A stretch of 64,000 nucleotides of DNA, taken from the NCBI GenBank assembly GCA_902517275.1, contig CABYBQ010000002.1, forward strand, positions 977-64,976, given 5' to 3'. The notes under the pieces were generated by a model, which saw nothing but the letters and a program-made list of their open reading frames with translations, made no database searches and was not told where the DNA came from. The translations under genes and the position numbers were made by a program. Each line of letters begins with the position of its first letter. The first letter of the stretch is position 1. The DNA comes from an uncultured SAR116 cluster alpha proteobacterium (GTDB lineage Bacteria > Pseudomonadota > Alphaproteobacteria > Puniceispirillales > Marisalimonadaceae). Positions 30,663 to 40,920 of the stretch are shown one piece after another.

Positions 30663-31139
30663 TCAATTAAGAATTAGGCTGTTATCAATTTTATAAAATT
30701 TAGACGCAGATTTCTTTAATGAATTTGCTGTTAACTCATCTACGCCATAAACCTCCGCAAAAATTTTATTTTTAGAAATCACCCTTTTTAGCAACAAATC
30801 AAAATCTCCATCACCTGAAGCTAAAACTATAATGTCTGATTTAGGTGCATAATCCATGATGTCAATTGTTATACCTACGTCCCAGTCCCCTTTTGATGAG
30901 CCATCGTTTCTACTAATAAAAGGTTTTAATTTCACTTCAAAACCAATTCCCCTTAATATATTTTGAAATTGTATTTGTTTAGTATCATTTCTGTTAGTAG
31001 TGTAAGCAAATGCAGCAACCACCTCCCTGTCATTAGTAATTTTTTTCCAAAATTTATTATAATCAAAATTAGATTTAAATACTTGCTTTGTAGTATAATA
31101 TATATTTTGCACATCAATAAATATTGAAACTCTCTTCAT
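30663..31139 (-). CDS. NYN (LabA/DUF88) domain protein
   Basis: FIDVQNIYY, KGDWDVGITID, LASGDGDF. Confidence 0.93.
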   Translation of the reverse strand: MKRVSIFIDVQNIYYTTKQVFKSNFDYNKFWKKITNDREVVAAFAYTTNRNDTKQIQFQNILRGIGFEVKLKPFISRNDGSSKGDWDVGITIDIMDYAPKSDIIVLASGDGDFDLLLKRVISKNKIFAEVYGVDELTANSLKKSASKFYKIDNSLILN

Positions 31140-31179
31140 AACAATCCTATTTAAAAAAAATTAAAAAATTTAACAGTCT

Positions 31180-32391
31180 TTAAATCAAACCTTCGATCTC
31201 AACTGGTAAATCATTTCTTTCAATTTCTTCAATTATTTTGTTTAAGTGATCTGAATTTTGGGTTTCAACAGTAATATTTAATTTGGCCAAACTAGCTGAC
31301 AAATCCATTGCAAATCTACTATGCTCGACTTGAAGCACGTTAGCTCCATTGGTTGCACAAATTTTTGATATAATTTGTAGTTGCCCTGGCTTGTCAGGCA
31401 TCGTAATACCTAGTGTTGTAACCTGTCCTGATCTAACTAAGTCTCTCATTAAAATTGAGGATAAAACTTTTGAGTCAATATTTCCCCCACATATTATAAC
31501 ACCAACTTTTTTACCTTTAAATGTGTTAGTATTTTGTAATAACGCAGCCAGACCTGTTGCACCTGCCCCTTCTGCAACAACTTTTTCATGTTCCGCTAAC
31601 ATTGCTATTGCTCTTTCAATCGATTTATCTGAAACAGTAATTACATCATCAACAAAATCCTGAATTATAGAAAAAGGAATATCACCTATTTTTGAAACAG
31701 CTATACCTTCAGCTAAAGTGGATCCTTTACACTTGATTTTTTTATTAAACATTTTGTTTGTTAAAGATGGATACAAGTCAGATTCAACGCCAATAACCTT
31801 TATGTTTTTATTCATTTCTTTTGCTGCCAATGCACAACCAGCTATTAATCCACCACCACCAACCGGTATCAGTAGAACTTCAATTTCATTACAGTCAGAT
31901 AACATTTCATATGAAATAGTGCCTTGGCCAGAAATTACATTTAAATCATTGTAAGGATGAACTTCAATGAAACCTTTATCTTTTATAAGATCTTGAACAT
32001 GTTGATAGGACTCATCTAAATCAGATCCCTTAATAATAACATTTCCACCAAAATTTTTAGTTCTTCTAATTTTTGTAAATGGTGTTCCTTCAGGCATTAC
32101 AATATTTGAATTAATATCCATCTTATTTGATATAAAAGCTAATCCTTGCGCATGGTTTCCAGCAGACATAGCAACTACACCAGAGCTTCTTTCATGATCT
32201 GAAAGTGACAAAAGCTTGGAGTAAGAACCTCTTACTTTAAATGCGCCTGTATATTGTCTATTTTCAAACTTGAAGAAAATATTAATACCTAATTTTTCTG
32301 AAATAGAGCTTGAGTAGCTGGTTTCAGTCCACTTTACATTTTTGGAAATTCTTTTATGTACATCAATAATGTCATCTAGTGTTAATTTCAT
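31180..32391 (-). CDS. ilvA: Threonine ammonia-lyase with C-terminal ACT domain
   Basis: KFEN.QYTGAFKVRG (PLP Lys), SAGNHAQG, PVGGGGL, GGNID, ACT (PDKPGQL). Confidence 0.93.
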   Translation of the reverse strand: MKLTLDDIIDVHKRISKNVKWTETSYSSSISEKLGINIFFKFENRQYTGAFKVRGSYSKLLSLSDHERSSGVVAMSAGNHAQGLAFISNKMDINSNIVMPEGTPFTKIRRTKNFGGNVIIKGSDLDESYQHVQDLIKDKGFIEVHPYNDLNVISGQGTISYEMLSDCNEIEVLLIPVGGGGLIAGCALAAKEMNKNIKVIGVESDLYPSLTNKMFNKKIKCKGSTLAEGIAVSKIGDIPFSIIQDFVDDVITVSDKSIERAIAMLAEHEKVVAEGAGATGLAALLQNTNTFKGKKVGVIICGGNIDSKVLSSILMRDLVRSGQVTTLGITMPDKPGQLQIISKICATNGANVLQVEHSRFAMDLSASLAKLNITVETQNSDHLNKIIEEIERNDLPVEIEGLI

Positions 32392-32426
32392 TGTTAACTC
32401 TATTTATTTAAGTTTATAATGGGTTA

Positions 32427-32456
32427 TTGCCAAAATAAAGCTTTGTCAAATATAAT
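32427..32456 (+). promoter_or_regulatory. Sigma70-like promoter for the serine hydrolase gene, overlapping a divergent TTGACA for ilvA
   Basis: TTGCCA-N18-TATAAT on +; TTGACA on - lies inside the spacer. Confidence 0.45.
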
Positions 32457-32494
32457 GATGAATATGGATAAGATTATTAATTTTTTGAGTAAAA

Positions 32495-33700
32495 ATGACT
32501 TTTTTTGAAATAAATAAAATCATGAAAGGTAGCCCACCTCCATTTGAATACCAAGTTACTCTAGATAATTGGCGAAAATATCCTTTCAATTCTTGGTCAT
32601 TTGTAAATGTAAGAAATTTAATACCAACATCACCAATTTATAATAATCCTGATAAAAAGGTTAAATTACAAAAACAGTTAATAGACATAAATGATCTACA
32701 CATTAATCATAAAAATTCTTCTTACAGACTTAAAGAAATTTTAAAAAAATGTGATGTAGATGCTTTTTTAGTAATGCACAAGGGTAAAATTAAATTTGAG
32801 TTTTATGATAAATTCACAAAGTTTAATACTCCTCATATCATTTTTTCAGTTTCTAAGTCTTTAACTTCTTTGTTAACTGGAATACTAGTAGAGAAAAAAG
32901 TAATTAATATTAACAGCTACATTTCACATATTTTACCAGAAACAAAGGGAACTGCTTATGAAGACGCAACTGTTAGAAATGTTCTTGATATGAGCATTGC
33001 TTCTGGATTTATAGAAGACTACACAGGACAAGCAGAAATATTTAAGAAGTATAGATCATCCACTGGCTGGGATTTGCCTGAAACACACTCAAAGCAAACA
33101 CTCAAAGGATTACATGATTTTCTTTCCTCAATGCCCAAATCTAATCAGAAGCATGGTAAAAAATATCATTATTGTTCACCTCATAGTGATTTATTAGGAT
33201 GGATTATTGAACGGGCCTCAGGTGAAAATTATTCTAAAATAATGGCTGACTTACTATTCAAGAAGGCAGGCATCAATCATGAAGCTAATGTAACTGTTGA
33301 TAAATGGGGAGCTTCCAGAGCCGCAGGAGGAATTAGTGTTTCACCATATGATTTACTTTTAATTTCTGAGTTAGTTCGTAATCACGGATCTAATAAGAAT
33401 GGGCAAGTAATACCCGCCTCATGGATAGAAGATTTCGTTAATAATAAAAATAATAGTATCTATCTAAATCAAGATAATTTGGAAAGGTTTCCAAAAGGAA
33501 ATTATCGTTCAAAATGGTACCAGACTGGGTTCAAAGATAATGAATATTGTGCTATTGGGATCCATGGCCAAAATATATGGATAAACCCTCAAAAGGAGAT
33601 TACAATAGTAAGAATGTCATCTGCATCAGATCCTATAAATATTAAAACTGAAGAAGTAATGTTTTCAGTTTTTGATGAAATTAGTAAAATTTTTATTTAA
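32495..33700 (+). CDS. Serine hydrolase, beta-lactamase fold (6-aminohexanoate-dimer hydrolase-like)
   Basis: FSVSKS (SxxK), YCS, AIGIHGQ, V.LDNW..P.N.WSF N-terminus. Confidence 0.9.
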   Translation: MTFFEINKIMKGSPPPFEYQVTLDNWRKYPFNSWSFVNVRNLIPTSPIYNNPDKKVKLQKQLIDINDLHINHKNSSYRLKEILKKCDVDAFLVMHKGKIKFEFYDKFTKFNTPHIIFSVSKSLTSLLTGILVEKKVININSYISHILPETKGTAYEDATVRNVLDMSIASGFIEDYTGQAEIFKKYRSSTGWDLPETHSKQTLKGLHDFLSSMPKSNQKHGKKYHYCSPHSDLLGWIIERASGENYSKIMADLLFKKAGINHEANVTVDKWGASRAAGGISVSPYDLLLISELVRNHGSNKNGQVIPASWIEDFVNNKNNSIYLNQDNLERFPKGNYRSKWYQTGFKDNEYCAIGIHGQNIWINPQKEITIVRMSSASDPINIKTEEVMFSVFDEISKIFI

Positions 33701-33717
33701 CAGGAGATTACTTAACA

Positions 33718-34365
33718 ATGAATTTGTCTTTAATATATTTTGACTTTCCTTTTTGGAGAGCAGAAGTTAGCAGAATTGCGCTTAATATTGGCAAGATAAA
33801 ATTTAATGATGTCCGAGTTGACCGTGAGGAATTTATGAGAGCAAGAAGTTCGGGTAAATTAGACGACGGAACAATTATTCCATTTAATCAGCTTCCATGT
33901 TTAATAGTTAACGATGAAAGTTTTGCTCAAACAGCTGGTATCGCAAGATTTTGTGGAAAATTATCTGATCTATATCCGAAAGACAACGATATTGCAGCTG
34001 CTAAAATTGATCAATTCTTGGACTTTATTACAGATATTACAGTGTTAATTTTTAATGCAGGAAGAGATCTAGAACCGGATAAAAAAATTGTAAAAAGAAA
34101 AGAATTTTTTGAAACAGAGTTCACAAGAAAGTTCGAAATGTTAGAAAAAAATATCCCTGAAAATAGCGATTTGATAATTACTGATTACTTTAGCATTGCA
34201 GATATTGCCTTATGGAGTTTTGTGGGGTGGACAACTTCAGGTGCAGTAGACGGCTTTCCAAAAAATTTCTTAAAAAAATATCCAAACATTAATAGAGTGT
34301 GTAATTTTGTTGATGAACACCCAGAAGTGAAAAAATGGGGAAACGACAAACAATTTAAAGCTTGA
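33718..34365 (+). CDS. Glutathione S-transferase, sigma-like (Tyr type)
   Basis: YFDFPFWRAE..RIAL, PFNQLP, AQTAGIARFCGK, SIADI; AGGAG RBS. Confidence 0.9.
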   Translation: MNLSLIYFDFPFWRAEVSRIALNIGKIKFNDVRVDREEFMRARSSGKLDDGTIIPFNQLPCLIVNDESFAQTAGIARFCGKLSDLYPKDNDIAAAKIDQFLDFITDITVLIFNAGRDLEPDKKIVKRKEFFETEFTRKFEMLEKNIPENSDLIITDYFSIADIALWSFVGWTTSGAVDGFPKNFLKKYPNINRVCNFVDEHPEVKKWGNDKQFKA

Positions 34366-34371
34366 ATATTG

Positions 34372-35418
34372 TTAAAAAGTAATTGGAAATCTTTTATATA
34401 ACTTATTTATCTCTAACATAATCTCTTCAGAAAGTACTACCTCTAGTCCTTTTAATATATTAGTTAACTGTAAATTATCAGTTGCTCCAAAAATTACAGA
34501 GCCCATAAAAGGTCTTTGATTACAAAAAGCAAGGGCCATATGGACTGGATCTAAATTATATTTTTTTGCAAGTAATACATACTCTTTTACAGCTAAAGTG
34601 GAATTATCGTTAATTCTACCAAATAAACTTGGTACTCTCGAAAGTCTAGAGTTGTCTGGCACTTTATCTTCCATATACTTACCTGTAAGAAACCCTCCTG
34701 CTAAAGGAGAATAAGCTAACAAACTAATATTTTCATGATAAGACATTTCAGCCATATCAAGGTCATATAATCTACAAAGTAAACTATATTCATTTTGAGT
34801 GGAGGCCAGAGTAAGATTAGGAAATTCTTTTAAATAATGAATAAATTGAGTAGTACCCCAACAAGTTTCATTAGATAAGCCAATATACCTAATTTTTCCT
34901 TCTTTTTGTATATCAGCCAAAGCTCTTAAAACCTGTAAAATATTTTCTTTGGCAGACACTGTGTCTTGGGTTGTTGGGTTATAATTCCAATTTTGTCTAA
35001 AGTGATATGAACCTCTGTTTGGCCAATGTAATTGATAAAGATCTAAATAATCAGTTTTCAATTTTTTTAAACTACCTTCAATCGCTATCTTTACTGATTT
35101 TTCATTGATACCCTCACCATTCCTGACGGCTTTGTAACCTTTCCCAGATATTTTACTAGCTAGAATAATATCAGATCTTTTAGATTTATTTTTTCCTATC
35201 CAATTGCCAATTATAGTTTCTGTATTTCCAGTAGTTTCTGCACGAAGTGGGCAAGTTGGATACATTTCAGCTGTATCAAAAAAATTAATCCCATATTCCA
35301 ATGACTGATCTATTTGACTGTGTCCGTCATCTTCTGAAGTTGTTTCTCCAAAAGTCATTGTTCCTAGACAATATGATGAAACTTTTAAATCTGACTTACC
35401 TAATTTTTTAAAATGCAT
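34372..35418 (-). CDS. Aldo/keto reductase (Tas-like)
   Basis: CLGTMTFG, DTAEMYP, DLYQLHWPNR, GLSNET, AYSPLAGG. Confidence 0.95.
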   Translation of the reverse strand: MHFKKLGKSDLKVSSYCLGTMTFGETTSEDDGHSQIDQSLEYGINFFDTAEMYPTCPLRAETTGNTETIIGNWIGKNKSKRSDIILASKISGKGYKAVRNGEGINEKSVKIAIEGSLKKLKTDYLDLYQLHWPNRGSYHFRQNWNYNPTTQDTVSAKENILQVLRALADIQKEGKIRYIGLSNETCWGTTQFIHYLKEFPNLTLASTQNEYSLLCRLYDLDMAEMSYHENISLLAYSPLAGGFLTGKYMEDKVPDNSRLSRVPSLFGRINDNSTLAVKEYVLLAKKYNLDPVHMALAFCNQRPFMGSVIFGATDNLQLTNILKGLEVVLSEEIMLEINKLYKRFPITF

Positions 35419-35508
35419 GTTTTATCCTGATTTCAGTTGAATTGAACATATATATGATTTTTATAAAAATTAAAATTTAACATTTATTAATTTTGAGTTT
35501 ATGGATAT

Positions 35509-38031
35509 TTAATGATTATGAGCTCTCAAAACATGAAGCGGCTTAGAAAGAACTAGTTTAATCATTTTAAAAAAGCTAAAAACTGTCACCACAGTTGGAA
35601 CAATAAAAGACAAAATAATTAAGGTTAAGTAATTTACGTAAAAATCAACATTAAAAACGAAGTATAGTAAAATAAAACTTACCAAGCATCCGATTAACAA
35701 AGAAATAAGTGATGCCATTAGACCAATTATTAAATATTCATATAGCCATAGTAATGATATTTTTTTTGGACTTGCTCCTAATATTTTAAATATTGCTATC
35801 TCATATAACTTATCTTTTTTGCTTACATCTAATATACCTGTTAAAACTATAACTCCTGACAAAAGTGTTATTAAAGCAATAGAGTTAATTATAATTATTA
35901 GTAAATTTAAAATTGACTTAATTGCTTTGTAACTTTCTTCTATTGAAATAGAAGATATATTTGAAAATTTAGTGACTACTTTTTCTACAAAATTATTATT
36001 TATTTCTTTGTTTTCACTCGTAGTTGAGGCAATCCAAGTGTGCGGGGCATTAGTTAAACTACTTTCACTTAATACAAAAATAAAATTAATATTCATATTC
36101 TCCCAAATAATTTCTCTTGTATTAAAAATCGTAGCTTCAAAATTTCTACCTAAAATATTAAATCGTATATTATCACCAATTTTCACATTCATTCCTTTGG
36201 CAATTTTATCACCCATTGATACTAATAAAGGACCATTATAGTCTTTTTTCCACCATTTTCCTGATATTAGCTTAGAGTTTTTAGGTCTTTCGTTAGTCCA
36301 AGAAAATGCTCTATCTCTTTTAAGTACCCATTCGACATCTTTATTTACTTTTAAATTTTCAACCTTAATGTCATTTATTTCAGTAATACGACCTCGTAAC
36401 ATTGGTTGAGAATTAAGAAATAAAATATCTTTTGATGAAGAAGCTAACTTATTAATTGTATCAATTTGGTTTGGTTGAATATCAATTAAAAAATGATTAG
36501 GAGCTTCTTGATTAATAGTTTTTGAGATTTTATTATCTAAACTTTCTTCAATTATATTAAGACTAATTAAAAGTGATAAACCTATACTGAATGAAACAAC
36601 TATTGTCTTAGAAAAAGAATTCTTACTAATAATTGATTTTCTTACAAGTTCAGATAGAGATCCAATCTTAAAATTTATCTTTTTTAAAATATAAAAATAT
36701 ATATTAGTTAATGCACTTAATATTATAAAAGAAATAAAAATTGATGTAAAAATATAAGCTGATAATTTAATGTCGTTGGTCATAATCACTGTTAAGTAAG
36801 ACAACAAACAAATTAAAAAAAATATGAATATTTTTATTTTTTTGGAGCTTTGATTATGAATGTTATGAGCTGCGTGTCTTATTAGTTGTATTGGTTTAAT
36901 TTTATAGGTACTTGCAATTGGTATTATTGTAAATAATAGACAAACTATTAAACCAAAAGAAAAACTAATAATAATTGGTTTTAAAAAAATTGTTGCTTGA
37001 AAGGTATCAAATAATTCTGAACTAATTATTGGTGACAATAAAAAAGGCATTGATATTCCCGCAAGTAAAGCAGGTATTATGCTAAGTAAAAAAATAACCA
37101 TGACTTGAAAAAGGTAAATTAAAAAAACTTGTATATTTTTAGCTCCTAATGATTTCAAAATCGCAATATTCTTAATTTTTTTGATTATATAACCTTTTAC
37201 ACCATTAGAAATACCAATTCCTGATATTAAAAGAGTAATTAATCCGACCATAGAAATAAAAAGAGAAGTCCTTTCTATAAAGTTATTAAAATTATTAGTA
37301 CTACTATTAATACCCCTAACAGTGATATTAGTACCTTCAACTAACTTGTTTAAGTATGATAAATTGATATTGTTTTTGTTTGGAATAAATTTTATTTTAT
37401 ATTTTACTAATGAACCTGGGACAATTAAATTTGTTTTTCGTAATGTTTTAATTGACAAAAGAACTCGAGAACCAAAAGTTGCAAATGAAAACATTCTATC
37501 TGGTTCTTTTTTTATAATTCCTTTAATTACTATTCTTGAATCACCTAAATCAAGTGTATCACCTAAATCAAGGCTAAGCTGATTTTTTACATTTTTATCA
37601 ATCAAAACTCCATTGACGTTAGTGTTATTTATAGACTGATTTAATGTTTGATTAGGTGTAATTGAAACACTGCCTATCAAAGGCCAGTTTTCATCAACTG
37701 CTTTCAATTCAACTAATCGACGTTTATTATTTAAGTTTTTGTTTGAAGACAACATAGTCCTCAACTCAATCACTTCTGAGACTTTTCCATTAACCTCTAG
37801 CCATTTTTTAATTTTTTGAGGAAATTTCTGATATGTAGTAGAAAGTTCAAAACTTCCTCCAAGAAGCTGAGATCTTTGATTATTAATTTCAAATTTTAGG
37901 TTTTCAGATAAACTTCCTACAGCACTAATTATGAAAATGCCCAAAAATATCGAAGTTATAACAATCTTAAATTCATTGAAAGATCCTCGTAATTCTTTAA
38001 TTGATAATTTCCAAAATTTAAAATTATTCAT
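35509..38031 (-). CDS. ABC transporter permease, YbbP/FtsX-like
   Basis: Two FtsX-type halves (IAILKSLGA, IAIFKILGA), ELKAVD.NWPL, PNHFLIDIQP. Confidence 0.9.
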   Translation of the reverse strand: MNNFKFWKLSIKELRGSFNEFKIVITSIFLGIFIISAVGSLSENLKFEINNQRSQLLGGSFELSTTYQKFPQKIKKWLEVNGKVSEVIELRTMLSSNKNLNNKRRLVELKAVDENWPLIGSVSITPNQTLNQSINNTNVNGVLIDKNVKNQLSLDLGDTLDLGDSRIVIKGIIKKEPDRMFSFATFGSRVLLSIKTLRKTNLIVPGSLVKYKIKFIPNKNNINLSYLNKLVEGTNITVRGINSSTNNFNNFIERTSLFISMVGLITLLISGIGISNGVKGYIIKKIKNIAILKSLGAKNIQVFLIYLFQVMVIFLLSIIPALLAGISMPFLLSPIISSELFDTFQATIFLKPIIISFSFGLIVCLLFTIIPIASTYKIKPIQLIRHAAHNIHNQSSKKIKIFIFFLICLLSYLTVIMTNDIKLSAYIFTSIFISFIILSALTNIYFYILKKINFKIGSLSELVRKSIISKNSFSKTIVVSFSIGLSLLISLNIIEESLDNKISKTINQEAPNHFLIDIQPNQIDTINKLASSSKDILFLNSQPMLRGRITEINDIKVENLKVNKDVEWVLKRDRAFSWTNERPKNSKLISGKWWKKDYNGPLLVSMGDKIAKGMNVKIGDNIRFNILGRNFEATIFNTREIIWENMNINFIFVLSESSLTNAPHTWIASTTSENKEINNNFVEKVVTKFSNISSISIEESYKAIKSILNLLIIIINSIALITLLSGVIVLTGILDVSKKDKLYEIAIFKILGASPKKISLLWLYEYLIIGLMASLISLLIGCLVSFILLYFVFNVDFYVNYLTLIILSFIVPTVVTVFSFFKMIKLVLSKPLHVLRAHNH

Positions 38032-38713
38032 CTTTAACAATTAAACCATTATCTAATTTAATTATTTTATTACATTGCTTAGCAATTGTCTCATCATGTG
38101 TAACTAATATTAGCGTTGAAGCAAAATCACTCTGTAGTTTGAAAATTAATTTCATAACTTCTTCACTGTTTCTTTTATCTAAATTGCCAGTGGGTTCATC
38201 TGCAATTATTATTTCTGGAGAAGATATTAAAGATCTAGCAATTGCAACTCTTTGTTGCTCACCTCCAGATAGTTGGTGGGGATAATGATTGAGTCTTTTT
38301 TTAAGCCCAACTGACTTTAACAACTCAGTTCCTTTTTTGTCATCAATTAATACTCCAGAAATTTGATTGGGCAAGTTAACATTCTCTAAAGCAGTCATTG
38401 ATGGTAATAAATTAAAAGATTGAAAAATAATACCTACATTTTTTGATCTATAATTAGCTAATTCATCTTCTTCCAAGTCATGAATTGCTAAACCTTTAAA
38501 AAAAATTTTCCCTTTAGAGATTAATTCTAAGCCAGCTATTGTCATTGCTAATGTAGATTTTCCTGCTCCACTTTCACCAATTACACTAATGCTATTGTTT
38601 TTAAGAATTTTTAAGTTTATTCCTTTTAAAATATTAACTGTTTCTACATTACTTTTTAAGCTGACATGAACATTTTCCAGCTCAATTATATGTTTTTTAC
38701 TATTATTATTCAT
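38024..38713 (-). CDS. ABC transporter ATP-binding protein (YbbA/LolD-like)
   Basis: GESGAGKS, LSGGEQQR, ADEPTGNLD. Confidence 0.96.
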   Translation of the reverse strand: MNNNSKKHIIELENVHVSLKSNVETVNILKGINLKILKNNSISVIGESGAGKSTLAMTIAGLELISKGKIFFKGLAIHDLEEDELANYRSKNVGIIFQSFNLLPSMTALENVNLPNQISGVLIDDKKGTELLKSVGLKKRLNHYPHQLSGGEQQRVAIARSLISSPEIIIADEPTGNLDKRNSEEVMKLIFKLQSDFASTLILVTHDETIAKQCNKIIKLDNGLIVKDE

Positions 38714-38793
38714 TTGAAATTACATCAATTTATTATGTTGTTTTCTAATTATCTTTCTTGTAGACAAATGGAAAGTATGGTTTCTAGTTAATA

Positions 38794-39426
38794 ATGGATT
38801 ATATAAAAAAACTTACATTTACAATTTTTTTCTTTATATCATTTGTTGTAAATACAGCACATTCTAAAACAACAAAAGTTATTGTTTTTGGCGACAGTCT
38901 AATTGCAGGATATGGATTATTAAAAGAAGATGGTTTCGTTAATCAATTACAAAATAAAATCAATCATTCTAAAATTAATTTAAAGCTGATTAATTCTGGA
39001 GTTTCTGGTGAAACTTCTACCGGTTTATTGAATAGATTTAAATGGGTATTAGAAGAAGATTATGACGCAGTAATAATTTCAATTGGTGCCAACGATGCAT
39101 TAAGAGGAATTAATCCCATAATAACTTATAGAAATATTGAGAATATCTTAACACATTTAAAAAAAAATAAAATTCCTACAATGCTTATCGGTATGAAAGC
39201 ACCGTCTAACCTTGGAAAGGAATATGTAAATGAATTTAATGCCATTTACCCAAGCTTGTCTAAAAAATACGATGTATTTTTTTATCCATTCTTTTTGAAA
39301 GATGTAGCTTTGGAGCCTTCTCATAATCAAAAAGATATGATACACCCGAATAAAAAAGGGGTTGTTAAAATTGTTGAAAATATTTTTCCATACTTTCTAC
39401 GTTTTTATAAAAGTCTAATAAACTAA
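38794..39426 (+). CDS. tesA: Arylesterase / acyl-CoA thioesterase I (GDSL), exported
   Basis: Signal peptide, FGDSL, GVSGET, GANDA, D.IHPN; divergent from ybbA-ybbP as in the known arrangement. Confidence 0.92.
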   Translation: MDYIKKLTFTIFFFISFVVNTAHSKTTKVIVFGDSLIAGYGLLKEDGFVNQLQNKINHSKINLKLINSGVSGETSTGLLNRFKWVLEEDYDAVIISIGANDALRGINPIITYRNIENILTHLKKNKIPTMLIGMKAPSNLGKEYVNEFNAIYPSLSKKYDVFFYPFFLKDVALEPSHNQKDMIHPNKKGVVKIVENIFPYFLRFYKSLIN

Positions 39427-39600
39427 TTATCTTCTAAAAATTAATAATCTTAAAACTCTCCAAAGGCCTCTGAATGCTAGAGCCCTAATCATTGGGTTAC
39501 TAAACAATCTTTTGAAAAAAGTTATAATTTTTGTAGAATGATTTTTCAAAAAAAAGATAAGTACAACCATTATTACTATAATAAATAAGAATTTTATCAT
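39427..39600 (-). CDS. Small membrane protein (57 aa)
   Basis: Hand-translated MIKFLFIIVIMVVLIFFLKNHSTKIITFFKRLFSNPMIRALAFRGLWRVLRLLIFRR; ATGA overlap with upstream stop; its stop abuts the tesA stop. Confidence 0.68.
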   Translation of the reverse strand: MIKFLFIIVIMVVLIFFLKNHSTKIITFFKRLFSNPMIRALAFRGLWRVLRLLIFRR

Positions 39601-40364
39601 TTTGTATTAATACTAATAGAGCCCAAATCACCAAAATCAGCTGTAATTTTATCTCCAGATTTTATTGGTAATGGAATTGAACACGTTCCTGTAGAAACAA
39701 TCATACCTTTATGAAAGGTAATATCATTTTGTGATAATTCATTTACCAACCAAGTTAAGGCAATTCTAGGGTCTCCCAAAACATTGGCTCCAATGCCGTC
39801 ATGCTGAAGATTTGCAGAATTAAATATTTTGACTTTGTGTTTTGATAAATCAAGTGATTGCCAAGGATAGTCTATTCCTTGTGAGATTGCAAACTGGTGT
39901 GCACATGCATTATCTAAAATTAAGTTAAACTCTCCAACAGTTGCAAAACTTTTAAAGCGAGAATCAGGTAACTCTATTGAAAGATGCAATGATTCAACTA
40001 ACTTCATAACATCTTCAAGATTATATAATGTTTTTGTAGGTTTTAAAGTTTCTCCTATTTTAAAAGCAAATTCCGGCTCTGCAACAGCCATTTTATTATG
40101 ACCAAAAATAAGAGTGTCTTCTGGTTTATAAAGTTTTTTATGTAAAATTCTACCTGCTAAAGGTCCTCCAACACCAATATGTTTTTGTCCTTCTTTACTA
40201 GTTGCAGCGATCTTCCAACCTACAATGATGTCATTACTAAATTTTTCTAAATTTTCCTGAATTTTATAAGCTTCTTTTCGTGAACTTGGAATTAATTTTT
40301 TGGGCAAAGATACAATTTTTTGGCCATTTTCCCAACTGTTCCAAATTAACTCAGCTGCATGCAT
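39597..40364 (-). CDS. 2-keto-4-pentenoate hydratase-like protein (FAH superfamily)
   Basis: AY.IQ, GWKIAATS, AEPEFAF, IELPDSRF, LDNA, NVLGDP..ALTWL, STGT. Confidence 0.9.
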   Translation of the reverse strand: MHAAELIWNSWENGQKIVSLPKKLIPSSRKEAYKIQENLEKFSNDIIVGWKIAATSKEGQKHIGVGGPLAGRILHKKLYKPEDTLIFGHNKMAVAEPEFAFKIGETLKPTKTLYNLEDVMKLVESLHLSIELPDSRFKSFATVGEFNLILDNACAHQFAISQGIDYPWQSLDLSKHKVKIFNSANLQHDGIGANVLGDPRIALTWLVNELSQNDITFHKGMIVSTGTCSIPLPIKSGDKITADFGDLGSISINTK

Positions 40365-40385
40365 AATTAAAGTCCTTAAAGAGTG

Positions 40386-40892
40386 TTAATTTAATTTCTT
40401 AGATTTTTCCCAAGTAGTTATATCTTGTGCAATAGGAGGTGAAGGAATTTGACCAAACATTTCTGCAATTATACCTCTATGATAACCACCATGCATCACA
40501 AGGTGCGTTATAATCATAGATCTAGACATAGAAACTTTGTTACCACCAATTAAATCACAATCAACTAACTCAAGTAAATCATCATCAGATAAATTAGCAG
40601 TATACTTTTTAATTGATGTTTCTTCTTTTTGTTTGGCTTCCCAGAGCTCTTGTATATCTTCAAATAATATAGTCTGAAGGTGATCAAAAGCGTGTTTTTC
40701 TTGTTTCATATTAGCAAGCCAAACCTTATCTATAACCAATAAGTGATTTAAAGAATTTCTTATACTATTCATGAAAGATTTACGTTGTTTATTAATTTCA
40801 TCAGGAGATAATTGAACTATAACTTTAAAAAATTCATCGTTAGCCCAACTATTATAATTAAGAAGATTTATAAGATAGTTTAGGTTGTTCAT
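40386..40892 (-). CDS. DinB family protein
   Basis: YNSWAN, SI..SLNHL..ID.VW, HLVMHGGYHRG. Confidence 0.9.
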   Translation of the reverse strand: MNNLNYLINLLNYNSWANDEFFKVIVQLSPDEINKQRKSFMNSIRNSLNHLLVIDKVWLANMKQEKHAFDHLQTILFEDIQELWEAKQKEETSIKKYTANLSDDDLLELVDCDLIGGNKVSMSRSMIITHLVMHGGYHRGIIAEMFGQIPSPPIAQDITTWEKSKKLN

Positions 40893-40920
40893 AAGAATTC
40901 ACCCCAATGATAATTATGAT

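Noticed and set aside
30663-31139. NYN (PIN-like) protein as a toxin or defence nuclease
   Set aside because: Standalone LabA/DUF88 type with no antitoxin or defence-gene context
39440-39520. Locally GC-richer intergenic patch suggesting a riboswitch or ncRNA
   Set aside because: Better explained by the 57-aa minus-strand ORF; I recognised no riboswitch consensus
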